From assembly GCF_006345805.1 (NCBI RefSeq), contig NC_043005.1:8928001-8992000 (forward strand): DNA of 64,000 nucleotides, in the 5' to 3' direction. Of this stretch, positions 36,941 through 49,655 are shown piece by piece. The notes under the pieces were generated by a model. It ran no database searches and was not told the DNA's origin. It saw only the letters and a list, made by a program, of their open reading frames with translations. The translations under genes were made by a program, and so were the position numbers. The DNA is from Octopus sinensis. Its lineage: Eukaryota. The stretch's first letter is position 1. Each line of letters starts with the position of its first letter.

Positions 36941-37666
36941 ATATAATTGTGTATTTATTCAACTTGTAAAATAACGAGGAGGAAAAACAAAAATAAATTA
37001 AATTAAAAATATTCAATGCGGACTCCAATGGAAGAGTACGTCACCAAACAAAGCAATGAAAAAGCTAAACTGAACGAATCACTTTGCATGAAACAATTGA
37101 ATGTAGACTGCACCCTGGTGGTGGATGCATCCAATGGCCCAAAGACTAGTGTAAGGCCTCCTCCAGAGCTGAAATGTTGTACAACAAATTTAAGAGTACC
37201 AGAAATGTTTGTCGCACATCAAATGACTGCCCTGTAAATTAGTGATCGTTCTGTCGTCCCGCCTGTGAAGGCATTACCTTGTGTTTATATATGTATGCAT
37301 GTATGCATGCATGCATGTGTATGTATGTATGTATGTATGTTTTACGTATGTATTCTCATGCATATAGGTACATATCTAGACATGCTGATATATATTTAAA
37401 CGATGAACTTCTGGAAAGTTTTACAGATCTTTACAGTTCAAGTGTTGGATTGGATCTGTAGTCTTCGAATTTGCTTTCTTCTTTCTGGTGTTTGAGAAGC
37501 TTAATTACTCAAGATTGATATTTAGGCAGTGTGTTACATATTCCAAGGCCTCAATAATTACGTACGTAAGTGCGCATGTATTTATGTACGTACGTATGTA
37601 TGTATGTATGTATGTATGTATGTATGTATGTATGTATGTATGTATGTATGTATGTATGTATGTATG

Positions 37667-38112
37667 TCAGGTCACTTTCGAGTGCTACTGGGAACATGTA
37701 ACCCAGTACAACCTGTTGCATGGTCGGGTCGTCGGCGACTAAACTGGCAACCCCACCACGCTTGAGGAGGGTGTTTATTTGGACATAGAAATAATCGGAC
37801 TGAATACCCGATCGCGCGGTTAAACCATTGGGAGTGAAGGACTCGTAGCCTTTGTTAGGGCATCCTTCAAGGAGAAGGTAACTCAGGTAACTGGAATAAC
37901 TCCGACATAAAACCTGCGGCTCAGTGGTTGCCGATGATGTTGCCTTGTTCTTCTTTTCGGATTATGGCTGCTGTTGTTTACTGAGTGGGATTGACTCAGT
38001 GCACAGCCTTTCCTCACTTAAAAAAAAATCTTCTTGCACAGCCATTGCACGATAACAATATTGATTAAGCTTCGTGCAATGGCCATACTCGATAAGGAGG
38101 GGGCAGCCACCA
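37667..38112 (+). mobile_element. short non-coding RTE-like element (structured 5' leader + 3' tail) between (TATG)n tracts
   Basis: No ORF. Multi-hairpin 5' end, 3' stem CCATTGCACGA/TCGTGCAATGG before a (TATG)n tail. The RTE assignment rests on recalled similarity and on the tail shared with the next element. Confidence 0.55.
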
Positions 38113-38179
38113 TGTATGTATGTATGTATGTATGTATTATGTATGTATGTATGTATGTATGTATGTATGTATGTATGAA

Positions 38180-38595
38180 TCTATGAATGAAAGGGTAGAG
38201 AATGAAGGAGTCTTGATATTTCCGTGTGTGATTTGTTGGAAGAAATGTTTCAGTCGTGCAGGCCTGGTCAGCTATCGGAGAAGCCACGGGAATCGACTCC
38301 TTATAAATCATGATACAGATATTGTTGACAACAGAACATGTGCAACCTGTGGGAAGATGTGCCATTCACTTAGAGGGTAAAAAAGACATGTCAAAGACTT
38401 GATGGTGTGGCTCCGATTCCTTCTGTCAGCGAGCACAATTGTGCATTATCTAATAAAATGTGCAGATCTTTGGCAGGGATCAAGTGATGTATAACGGACT
38501 ACATTACATTGTCAATGACTCATTTCTATGGTTCTTTCTAGAAATGGCATTGCTCGTATTCGAGAAAGCAGTCACTACGTTTGTATGTATGTACT
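38180..38595 (+). mobile_element. RTE/RTEX-like LINE 3' fragment with C-terminal C2H2-like fingers
   Basis: FPCVICWKKCFSRAGLVSYRRSH and RTCATCGKMCHSLRG*KRH, a third degenerate finger, and a TATG tail. Confidence 0.6.
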
Positions 38596-38620
38596 GGTTT
38601 GTTAATCGGTTATGTATCGA

Positions 38621-39186
38621 TTGGGTTGTCCAGAAAGTTCATGCCGGTTTTTAAAGGAAAGAAAAAGGTCAATAAATATGTGCCATTGAATTTTTAATCA
38701 ACCAATTAAAAACCATTTTGTTGCACAATGTGTCTCCATCTTTTCTTTAACTTGAAAATACCCTCTTCCCAGAATTGAGGTGGTTTCATGGCAAAGAATT
38801 CATCAAGGTATCTCTTTACGTCATCCAAGCAATTCAAATTTTTACCATTAAGACTATTCTGTAGAGACCTGAATAAATGGAAATCAAAAGGAGCAATATC
38901 TGGTGAATATGGAGGGTGGAGTAACACATCCCAGCCAAGCTGCAGCAATTTTTGTCTGGTTTCCAAAGCATCAAGTGCCGAAAATGAACTTTCTTATCTT
39001 CCATTTTAAAGGGTTATAAAATTAACACAGGTTATAAGAACATAAACCTTCTTCCACGAAAAGATAGCTTAAACTGTGCTCTAAATGGAGGTGTAGTCAC
39101 ATCCTATTTTATGGACTGAACCTTGTTCTAAATTAAGTCGAAATGTAAGCTACAATAAATCGGCATGAACTTTCCGGACGACCGAA
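38621..39186 (-). mobile_element. internally deleted mariner with both TIRs
   Basis: TIRs TTGGGTTGTCCAGAAAGTTCATGCCG and TTCGGTCGTCCGGAAAGTTCATGCCG, TA at the right end, peptide HPPYSPDIAPFDFHLFRSLQNSL (YSPDLAP motif). Confidence 0.92.
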
Positions 39187-39239
39187 TAGTTAGTTAATTA
39201 GTTAGTAGTATGTAAACCTACACGGTTACATAACCATTT

Positions 39240-39473
39240 AAGGGTGGTGAGCTGGCAGAATCGTTAGCACGCCGGGCTAAATGCGTAGCCGTATTTCGTC
39301 TGCCGTTACGTTCTGAGTTCAAATCCCGCCGAGGTCGACTTTGCCTTTCATCCTTTCGGGGTCGATAAATTAAGTACCAGTTATGCATTGGAGTCGATAT
39401 AATCGACTTAATCAGTTTGTCTGTCTTTGTTTGTCCTCTCTGTGTTTAGCCCCTTGTGGGTAGTAAAGAAATA
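39240..39473 (+). mobile_element. family-A SINE, full length, 15-bp TSD GGTTACATAACCATT
   Basis: TSD at 39224-39238 and 39474-39488. Confidence 0.92.
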
Positions 39474-40055
39474 GGTTACATAACCATTCAAATATTGTAT
39501 AGAACTAAATGTCTACTGAGCATAATTGTTGAAGTCTAGCTTTCTACTTCGTTTTCAGTCTGAGTTTCATTGACTATTGTTTTAGCAATGATCGAAAGAA
39601 ACGATGTACTGGATCTACTAACTCTTTAAAGCATAATTCAGATCTTCTGTAATAGTCTATATAGGATTTTGGCTTTTGGACGATAACGTTTCTCTAGCCT
39701 GTTTATTGTTTACTCATACACTCATTAAATACGCACACAACCAGTCATACATGCACGCATATAAACACGCACAGACGTCCGTTTAGATCTGTGTATTCGT
39801 ATATTCATGCAAGAATACATTTATACATAATTACATATATGTGTGTGTGTGAGTATGTGTATGTGTGTGTCTGTGTGCCTATAAATGTAGTATGTATGTA
39901 TATGTATATGTATATACACACATCCATATACATATTGCATAGATAAGTATGTATCTATACATATCCATACATTTACATACACACACGTACATTTATATAT
40001 ATATATATATATATACATGTATATTATATATACTTATATATGTGTATGTATGTAT

Positions 40056-40120
<65 letters not shown>

Positions 40121-40925
40121 AACATACATATATGTATATACACACATCCGTATACATATTGCATAGATATGTATGTATCTATACATATACTTACATTTAT
40201 ATACACACATACATTTATATATATACTTATATATATATATATATTATATATGTGCACACACATATATAAGTATATATATATATATATATATATACAAACA
40301 TGCATGAGTACTCATATACATACATATATGTATATTCAAGCAAATTGTACATGCCCATTCATGTGTATGAAATACCAAATAATATCTATTTCACGTTAAA
40401 GGATATCTCTACTGACATCTGCGTTGGTAACTCTCATCTCTTAGTAATTCCAGGAATGATATTTCAGATTGTTTTTTTCTTTTCTTTTACCTCCGAACAC
40501 GGATCCCTATCGCTTTGAGATTCTACAACAGAATAACCAAGTTTATTTCGGGTCTTAAACGAAATTCTAAGCCTTTCACAAACATCAAGTTCATGTGTTG
40601 ATTCCATACTTTTAACACTAAACCGTAAAAACAGAACGTATCGCTGTTTTCCTTCCATTCTTACTATCTGCTTTTATTTAATTTTTCTTTCTTAATATTT
40701 CGTTATTTCGTCATTGTTTTATATTTACTCACTTCGTAATCTACATTTCTTTCCACCCCTAATAATCTTTTTTCTTTAGATGTTGCTCCCATTAATAGTG
40801 ATTTTCTTCGTTTTTCTTTTTACTGATTCTCAATATCCCTTTTTCCATTTTCTTTCTTTTAGTAGTTTTTGATCCCCTTCTTTCTCCTTCTTCTCTTCCT
40901 TCTCCTCCTCCACCGCCTCCCCACC

Positions 40926-41330
40926 TCTTCTTCTTCTTGTTGTTGTTCTTGTTGTTGTTCTTGTTGTTGTTCTTGTTTTTCTTGTTCTTATTCTTCTTGC
41001 CCTTGTTCTTGTTCTTCTTATACTTCTTGCCCTTGTTTTTGTTGTTGTTGTTGTTGTTTTCTTCTTCTTCTTCTTGCTCTTGTTTTTGTTGTTGTTGTTG
41101 TTGTTGTTTCTTCTTCTTCTTCTTGCTCTTGTTTTTGTTGTTGTTGTTGTTGTTGTTTTTTCTTCTTCTTCTTGCTCTTGTTTTTGTTGTTGTTGTTGTT
41201 GTTGTTTTTTCTTCTTCTTCTTGCTCTTGTTTTTGTTGTTGTTGTTGTTGTTCTTCTTCTTCTTCTTCTTCTTCTTCTTGCTCTTGTTTTTGTTGTTGTT
41301 ATTGTTCTTGTTCTTGTTCTTCCTTTTCTT
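40926..41330. repeat. higher-order (TTC)n-TTGCTCTTGTTT-(TTG)n minisatellite
   Basis: A unit of about 45-55 bp repeated about 5 times between 41060 and 41300. Confidence 0.9.
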
Positions 41331-42642
41331 CTCCGTCCCCCACTGATTAATCGCTTCTGTTTCTGTAATTTTTATGTATTTCTCTTTCCTTTCTTTCTTT
41401 CTTTCTTTCTTTCTTATTTTTGTTTCTCTTACTTTCAGTCGAACATCTTTTTCCACTCTTCATTCACCTCTATTTCATTCCCTCTTCCATCTCAAGATTT
41501 TCTTCACCCTAAACTCTTCTCCTACCATTCAATACACCTACAGTAAAATATATTTACGACGCCATTTCTACTGAAGAGTAAGGAGATGGATAACTTCGGT
41601 GACAAATAATTTTTAGCATTTTTTCTCTTCACCTGTCTTTATTTAAACTCAGAACAGCAAATCACATACACCTTGATTGAATTATCTAATAACATTGTGA
41701 CCCCTGTCAAAGAACTGTCCACATTAGTTCTCCTAAACCCATTTCTTATAAAACAGAAAAAGAGAAAATGAAGGTTCAAGTGTCACACATTAGAACACAG
41801 TAACATTTGATTGAAATTTGAATTTATCAAACAAGCGGTCGATAACATAAGAAACGACACTCTAGGAATCGAGTGCTGAAATTAGTTGAGGAAATAAAGT
41901 GAGAAAAAAGAAATAGAAAAATTCGCAAGAAGGACATAGATTTAAAATGGGAAGTCGTATGTAGCTGTTATAGATAATTAGAAATATTCTATTAAGGATA
42001 AATTCTTAGAGAATATCGTATCCAACGTAGATTTCCTAACTCATTTTTTTCCATACGACCGCACTCCCCACCAATGACATACTAGATTCAAAGTACCGTC
42101 TATTTATTGCTGTGTTGGTTGTTTACCCTGCCGGTCAACCCTAATCGTAGAAACCTATTATCAAAAGCATTTCAATGACCGTATCGTATAATTTAGTCAC
42201 AATTTTCCTATGAATGCACAGGCCAATATGACCTTCTTGTTATAGAAGAACGTGTTAGTGTTTGTAAAAGAGCTGTCCACTATTATCCCTCATTAACGCA
42301 TCCTCATTGAATGCGATAGGTTGCATTTCTATCCTGTGGGAGATCGTTCTATTACACTTATACCGCACAAAGATTTGACGAGATGTATTAGGGTTCCAAA
42401 TACCCACTTACCCATGCGCGGAGAATTCATCTTATAATTTTCAATGATGGCATTTTAATGGCAAGTCGAAAAAATATGTAGCATTTCATCTTTTGCCTAA
42501 TTATTAAACAAGTTTATGTCGATTTGGAAAGAACTACATTCTTATTTCTTAATACGCAATTAAATGACAATTTGTTAACGATCAGTGTATAGAATATAGA
42601 GTTATTTAAATGAATAGACAAATTTAATGTTATTATAAATAA

Positions 42643-43036
42643 CTAGCAGTATCGCCCGGCGTTGCTCGGGTTTGTAAGGGAAATAACTATATAAGCATTT
42701 TTAGAGATGTAAAGTATAATAGCCATCTCAATATGGCTAACCACAAAGGGAGGGGGTGTTACTGTAGCTTTTTACGTTCTGAGATTTAATAATACATTTT
42801 AGAGTTACTTCCCTTATATATGCCAAAATGCATTAAAAATGGGAAAAATTGATGGTAAATTATTTTTAAAATCGTAGACTCATCGTAGACGCGCGCTAAT
42901 ACCCAGAAGGGCTCGATATGAATCACGACTATAAGATACCCGGTTTTGGTTAAACTGCACCGCAAAATGTGGGAGTAGTTAGGAATCTAAATCGTAGGAG
43001 ACAGACAGACACACAACCTTACTTTTATATATAAGA
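42643..43036 (-). mobile_element. non-autonomous Helitron (subfamily 1) with an extra ~85-bp internal segment
   Basis: CTAG plus hairpin at 42643 and TC end at 43036. The segment at about 42705-42790 is absent from the 30.3 and 63.2 kb copies. Confidence 0.88.
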
Positions 43037-43320
43037 TGAACTGTAATTCTTTCCCATCCCGACACTCCACATATTTCTCTCACTCTGTCTCTCTCCCTTT
43101 ACATTGCATTCTCTCCTCAAAGTTTTACACGCCGTGTGTGTAGTAGACGTTATATATCTTAGTAGAGGTTATATATCTTTCCGTCTTGAAGCATAATTTA
43201 ATCATGACCCCTCAAATGAAATTGCTGTTTCTACGTACCCTCACTGCATTTCCTTTCCCTTTTTACATACATATACGGACACAAATACACGCGCACACAC
43301 ATACACAAACATGCATATAT

Positions 43321-43376
<56 letters not shown>

Positions 43377-43394
43377 TATATGCAAATATATATG

Positions 43395-43425
<31 letters not shown>

Positions 43426-43427
43426 AT

Positions 43428-43462
<35 letters not shown>

Positions 43463-44484
43463 GAGTAGTTTATTAAGAATTTAACAGTCAAAAGGCCAAT
43501 TTATTGACGTGACTAAAGTGACAGAGGGTTCCCTGGGGTACCGGCATTGCTCTGAAGAAGAGTCAAAATGATTCATTAGCCACAAGAGCACAATAAAGCC
43601 CCTTGTGGTCGCAGATATTCTCATATCACTAGGGATTTCGAATTTTGATGCAGAGTATCTTAATTCTCAGCAGTGGATTTTGCTGCGCCTAGGGTTAAGT
43701 TGAACTCACTTCCTGAAGTTATAAGTAAAACCTTAGAAACATGTGCAGATTCCAAAAACGGTAGAAGTGAAAATTATAAATAATATGGGTGGCTTATAAC
43801 CAATTTAAACTGTTTCTGCCATAATATGCAACGAATTAGAGCCGCGCTACTGTTACTCTTTTGTAGTTTATTTACTGTCGTAATATGCCCTATACTCATC
43901 TACCACTACCAACACGATCACTACTACTACTACGACCAACGGTCGCTGCTACTACTGCTATTACGGCCAACATTCATTTTCACAATTACAGCCAACGAAT
44001 CTAGTCAACACACATTTTCCCCTTGGATAGGTGTAATTCTGTTGAACGGTAATTAGTTTTCAGCGTATGTTGTGACGGGAAACTCAGGTGTGTATGTTTA
44101 GGTGTGTGAGCTTGAGGTCATAGGATAGGTGTCAGAGGTTCACAAAAGAATGTATGTAGGTAGGAGTTATTTTGGTTCTGGAATGTGCAACTAGTTTGAA
44201 TTATTGATAGTTTTATTGGATTTAGACCTTTCATTTGGGAAATTAAATCTCAAAGTTCAAAGTTTGTTGCCATTCAATGGAACTGCGCCTACCCGACGAA
44301 GTGATTTTATCTCAACAGAGAGCAAATGAAACCAATCACTGTCCGGTTATGGTTTAGCAGGCCGAAGGTTCGAAGTCGCTGTCAGTTGTATTCTTGGTAA
44401 AGAATAAATTTGTTTTTTACGGACGTATGGAGTAATCTTTCAGATTAATGTTTATATTATAACTGAACATAAAAACACACATCA

Positions 44485-44517
<33 letters not shown>

Positions 44518-44665
44518 TAATATATATTGACAGTGGTTATTGACAATTTTTGTCTTTTTTTCGGCATATTAGAATTTTTCTTTCGCCCTAATTTAAAGGT
44601 ATTTTTTGATATGCTGGCCATTGATAAAATTTTTTTTCCCGAAAAAAATTTGATCCTACATTAGT

Positions 44666-44715
<50 letters not shown>

Positions 44716-44743
44716 CGTGTGTGTGTGTGTGTGTGTCTGTATG

Positions 44744-44776
<33 letters not shown>

Positions 44777-45015
44777 GTGTGATGTGTATGTATATATATG
44801 TTAAACACAGTATCGAAATCTTATTTCACAGTAAGTTCCATATCATGTATCCACGGAGCAGGTTCACCACTTGGCTTTATATACCTGGTATTATTGCATC
44901 GTTCCACGCCCACAAGGGAGCAGGTATTTCGAACATGAAACAAGTGTTGTGGTAATATAAAATTTTTTGTTGGTACATTCCGTCTTCTCTTTTATCTCCG
45001 ATACTTGTATATATA

Positions 45016-45046
<31 letters not shown>

Positions 45047-45112
45047 ATGGTGCCCCAGCATGGCTGCAGTCAAATGCATGAAACAGGTAAAAGAATATAT
45101 TTATACATACAT

Positions 45113-45145
<33 letters not shown>

Positions 45146-45146
45146 G

Positions 45147-45191
<45 letters not shown>

Positions 45192-45212
45192 ATATATATA
45201 TATATATATATA

Positions 45213-45246
<34 letters not shown>

Positions 45247-45814
45247 GAGTTCAAAGCGTTGCTTTTTCAGAAAGTGGAAAGTAGTTTCGCCATTCCATGA
45301 CAAAATCGTTGTACTACACTTTGCCAATTTTTTATATCTTGACATCTGAAGCAGCTGGAGATATGATAGCTTGACCAGAAGAACCGGCTATTGGAAGCAA
45401 AAATAAAAATTGAAAAAAAAAAACGCATTTGGCCAAATTTGGACATACGAGTTAAACATAATACCAACGATGTGTATAAGTAACTATGTGTGTGCGTGTG
45501 TATGTGTTCTGACCAACTGCATTATAAGCAAATGTCTAAAGGTTTCGTGCAGTAGGTTAAACACTGACGGACATAACAGTCATATCATCATATCCATTAT
45601 TACGGTTCGCCAACCCAAAGCCAGGCGTTATTGAGGCTTTACAAAATATAATGTGATAACTGAGATCCACGTCGAACACGAACAAATATGCATGTATGCA
45701 CGTGTCTGTGTGTATGTATATATATATATATATTATATATATATATATATAATATATATATATATATACATATACATTCACACAAACCCACTACACGCAT
45801 TTTTTTCTCTCTTT

Positions 45815-45950
45815 GTTTTTTTCTGCGTCCATTTCCGTAGAAGAGCGTAGGCTCGAAACGTAAAAGACTTTTTTCTATTCCTGAGCGTTATACAAATACA
45901 CTTGTTTGTTTTGTACACCACCTGTCTTCGTCTTTTGTTTTTTTCGTAAA
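45815..45950 (+). mobile_element. Penelope-type terminal-repeat fragment with hammerhead-like motif
   Basis: CCGTAGA-A-GAGC-gtag-GCTC-GAAA-CG-TA-AAAG; homolog of 4100-4235. Confidence 0.55.
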
Positions 45951-45978
45951 CTCTTCCTATATATATATACATATGTAT

Positions 45979-46009
<31 letters not shown>

Positions 46010-46018
<9 letters not shown>

Positions 46019-46091
46019 GAACATACATTCACATATTCACATACACTCGCGGACACACACACATACATGTACACACATACACGCATACAGG

Positions 46092-46131
<40 letters not shown>

Positions 46132-46204
46132 CACGAACATACATTCACATATTCACATACACTCGCGGACACACACACATACATGTACACACATACACGC
46201 ATAC

Positions 46205-46235
<31 letters not shown>
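46010..46235. repeat. local tandem duplication (~118-bp period)
   Basis: CACGAACATACATTCACATATTCACATACACTCGCGGACAC...GCATACAGG occurs twice, each followed by (TA)n. Confidence 0.92.
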
Positions 46236-46239
<4 letters not shown>

Positions 46240-46799
46240 CATACATAAGCACAAACTTCTTTACACATGTAAATAATTATACGTACACATAAATATAATC
46301 ATATACAAATATACGCCCGTATGACTACACAAGATTTCGAAAACGTTGATAAGATGTCCTATGGCATACATCTGAACTCAATTTATTTCATGCTCAATAA
46401 TTTGTTGCCTATCCTCCTTTTCCGAGAACTAAGGCATAACAGAAATGTATTGTTTGAGTAAATAATTAGCTATAAATTGTTACATCTTGATGTTAAATAT
46501 CTTTCTTATATCGCTTTTGTTCCTATGTAATTTTAATTTAAAATCAGGGTTTTTTATTAAATTATCTGACATACATATTCTTTTCTCATACTCTGCCCCA
46601 TGGTGACCGACATTTTCTTTTTTATTTTTGTATCTTTACATTGTCTTTTAAGTTTCTATGGTTACGCCTAAAGATGTACAGCTAATGCTTTGTTCATGTA
46701 CGTTTAAAGATAGAAAAATATGTACACATTTTTATTCATAAACGCAGACTAACTTCGCAACAGCTATCAACGCCCCCCCACACACACACACATAACCTT

Positions 46800-47010
46800 T
46801 TCTACTCCAGGAAAATGCTCGAAATTTTTGAGGAGGGGGACAAGTCGATTAGATCGACCACAGTACGCAACTGGTACTTAATTTATCGACCCCTAAAGGA
46901 TGAAAGGCAAAGTCGACCTCGGTGGAATTTGAACTCAGAACGTAACGTCAGAAGAAATACCGCTAAGCATTTCGCCCGGCGAGCTAAAGTTTCTGCCAGT
47001 TTGCCGCCTT
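46800..47010 (-). mobile_element. family-A SINE (variant tail)
   Basis: Head, central domain and a GAAATTTT..GGAGGGG tail. Confidence 0.85.
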
Positions 47011-47017
47011 CGTGTCC

Positions 47018-47057
<40 letters not shown>

Positions 47058-47084
47058 TATATATATACACATATTCTCTCTTTT

Positions 47085-47458
47085 CTCTTTTTTCTCTCTT
47101 TTACTTGTTTCAGTCATTTGACTGCGGCCATGCTGGAGCACCGCCTTTTAGTCGAGCAAATCGACCCCGGGACTTATTCTTTGTAAGCCCAGTACTTATT
47201 TTATCGGTCTCTTTTGCTGAACCGCTAAGTGACAGGAACGTAAACACACCAGGAGGAATAAACATACACACACACACACATATATATATATATACATATA
47301 TACGACAGGCTTCTTTCAGTTTCCGTCTACCAAATCCACTCACAAGGCATTGGTCGGCCCGGGGCTATAGCAGAAGACATCTGCCCAAGATGCCACGCAG
47401 TGGGACTGAACCCGGAACCATGTGGTTGGTTAGCAAGCTACTTACCACGCGGCCACTC
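47085..47458 (-). mobile_element. CORE-type SINE (family B), full length
   Basis: Same sequence as 1173-1615. Confidence 0.9.
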
Positions 47459-47518
47459 ATATATATATATATAGGCAGATATGTATGTACCTATATGCAA
47501 GCACACGCGAGCACGAAC

Positions 47519-47553
<35 letters not shown>

Positions 47554-48149
47554 GATACATATGTAGGAAGAGACTTAAGAGAGATGTATTTAAATACAGG
47601 CACATACATATACATACTCGCTTATACATATAAATATACGTATAAATACATACACACACATTTATACAAGCATTTATGCATATATTTATGCATATGTGTA
47701 TATATGCACACTCACATATATATGCATACATTCAAATACACATGCATACACACACACTACACACACACGCACGCGCACACACACATGTATATAATTATAT
47801 GTATAAAACAAATGAAGTTGAAAACACACGGAGTTTATATGAAGATTCATTTCAATTTTAAAATAAATACACTTAACCGGTTTCACGATTATAGCATTTT
47901 CAAAATATAAGTTATGAGGAACACAGACTTGTGTTGCAAACGATCTATTTACGTTTTCTACATTACTCATGTAAAAGACAAATTCAAAGAGATAGCTACA
48001 TCAATGCAGATACAGCGCTTTGTAGAATTGATTTTCTCTTCAACATATACTACTGTGTTCTTGGACTGGACAAAAAAATTAAATAATCGTTTATCAATAT
48101 TATAGAGATCGATGCATTTATAATTAAATGCTTTCTAAGTATTCATTTG

Positions 48150-48760
48150 TACTCTAGGCACAAAGCACGAAATTTGGGGGGAGAGGGTCAGTCGAGTAGA
48201 TCAACCACAGTGCGCAACTGGTACTCGATTTATCGACCCCGAAAAGATGAAAGGCAAAGTCGACTTCGGCAGAATTTGAACTCCGAACGTAGCAGCAGAC
48301 GAAAAACAGCTAAGCATTTCGTCCGGTGTGCTAACGTTTCTTATTTCTTTATTGCCCACAAGTGGCTAAACATAGAGGGGACAAACATGATCAAACAGAG
48401 GAATTAAGTCAATTACATCGACCCCAGTGCGTAACTGGTACTTAATTTATCTACCCCGAAAGGATGAAAGTCAAAGTCGAACTCGATGGAACTTGAAATC
48501 AGCACGTAACGGCAGACGATATTCCAACTTTTTTTTACTACCCACAAGGGCCTAAACACAGAGAAGACAAAGAAGGACAGACAAATGGATTAAGTCAATT
48601 ATATCGACCCCAGTGCGTAACTGGTACTTATTTAATCAACCCCGAAATGATGAAAAACTAAGTCGACCTCGGCGGAATTTGAACTCAGAACGTAGCGGTA
48701 AACGAAATACCGCTGAGCATTTTGCCCGGCTCGCTAACGTTTCTGCCAGCTCGCTGCCTT
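48150..48760 (-). mobile_element. three stacked family-A SINE units
   Basis: Central domain repeated at about 48230, 48450 and 48640. The complete copy spans 48530-48760. Confidence 0.88.
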
Positions 48761-48866
48761 AATGCTTCCTAAATATTGCTTTACAAACCGGTATTGGTGT
48801 ACTCCAATTCGTCATGGTTACATTGCGTTGCGATGTATATATGATCACATGCTATATGATGGTAGG

Positions 48867-49099
48867 AAGGCGGTGAGCTGGCTGAAACGTTGGCACGCCG
48901 GGCGAAATGCTTAGCGGTATTTCGTCTGCCGTTACGTTGTGGGTTCAAATTCCGCCGAGGTCGACTTTGCCTTTCATCCTTTCAGGGTCGATAAATTAAG
49001 TACAAGTTACGTACTGGGGTCGATGTAATCGACTTAAACCCTCTGTCTGTCCCTGTTTGTCCCCTCTGTGTTTAGCCCCTTGTGGGTAATAAAGAAATA
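48867..49099 (+). mobile_element. family-A SINE, full length, TSD GGTAGGAAG
   Basis: TSD at 48861-48869 and 49100-49108. Confidence 0.92.
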
Positions 49100-49184
49100 G
49101 GTAGGAAGCATTTTATCAGCGTATTAGAAAACTGAAGATATGCACAGTCGCTGATCTCCTACAGAGAAAATATCTCTACTTCGC

Positions 49185-49655
49185 AGATGTCCACCCTTGC
49201 GAATCGCTATACGGACGCGATGTGTGTGTCGATATTCAGCTGGAAAAGATTGTTTTCCTGGGCTAAAAAAGCAGTAACATCGTCCTTCATAGGACTGCCA
49301 TATTCTGACAGCATATAAACATTACTATTCGGTACTGCTATTGTATATATCTCACTCAGAGATATAAAACAAATTGCTTTTCTGTGTATCGATTATAGAA
49401 TATACAACATTTGCGAGGGGAGAGGGCTTTCGTCGCTAGCTTGTGATTATCTCACACTGAGGACGGGTAGCCACCCAGAACCGTAAGTTCTGTGGGTATC
49501 ACTAAGGCTAGAGATAGGAACGATGTCCTCCCTTGCAAATTGCTATACGGACACGAAATATGTGTCGATAGACAGCTGGAAAAGATGTTTTCCTGGTGCT
49601 AAAACAACTGAACCATCGTCCTTTATAGGACTGCCACATTCTGTTGGCATATAAA
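49185..49655. repeat. two diverged tandem units (~335-bp period)
   Basis: GATGTCC..CCTTGC.AAT.GCTATACGGAC...CAGCTGGAAAAGAT...CCTGG..CTAAAA...CATCGTCCTT.ATAGGACTGCCA at about 49187 and 49522. Confidence 0.85.

Noticed and set aside
37016-37237. 73-aa non-repetitive ORF
   Set aside because: No homology recognised and no supporting splice or promoter signals.
43552-43580. CTGAAGA-A-GAGTC/GATTC hairpin
   Set aside because: Not followed by GAAA, so not a hammerhead.
49457-49490. CTGAGGA-C-GGGT/ACCC-AGAAC motif
   Set aside because: GAAA is broken and stem I does not pair.
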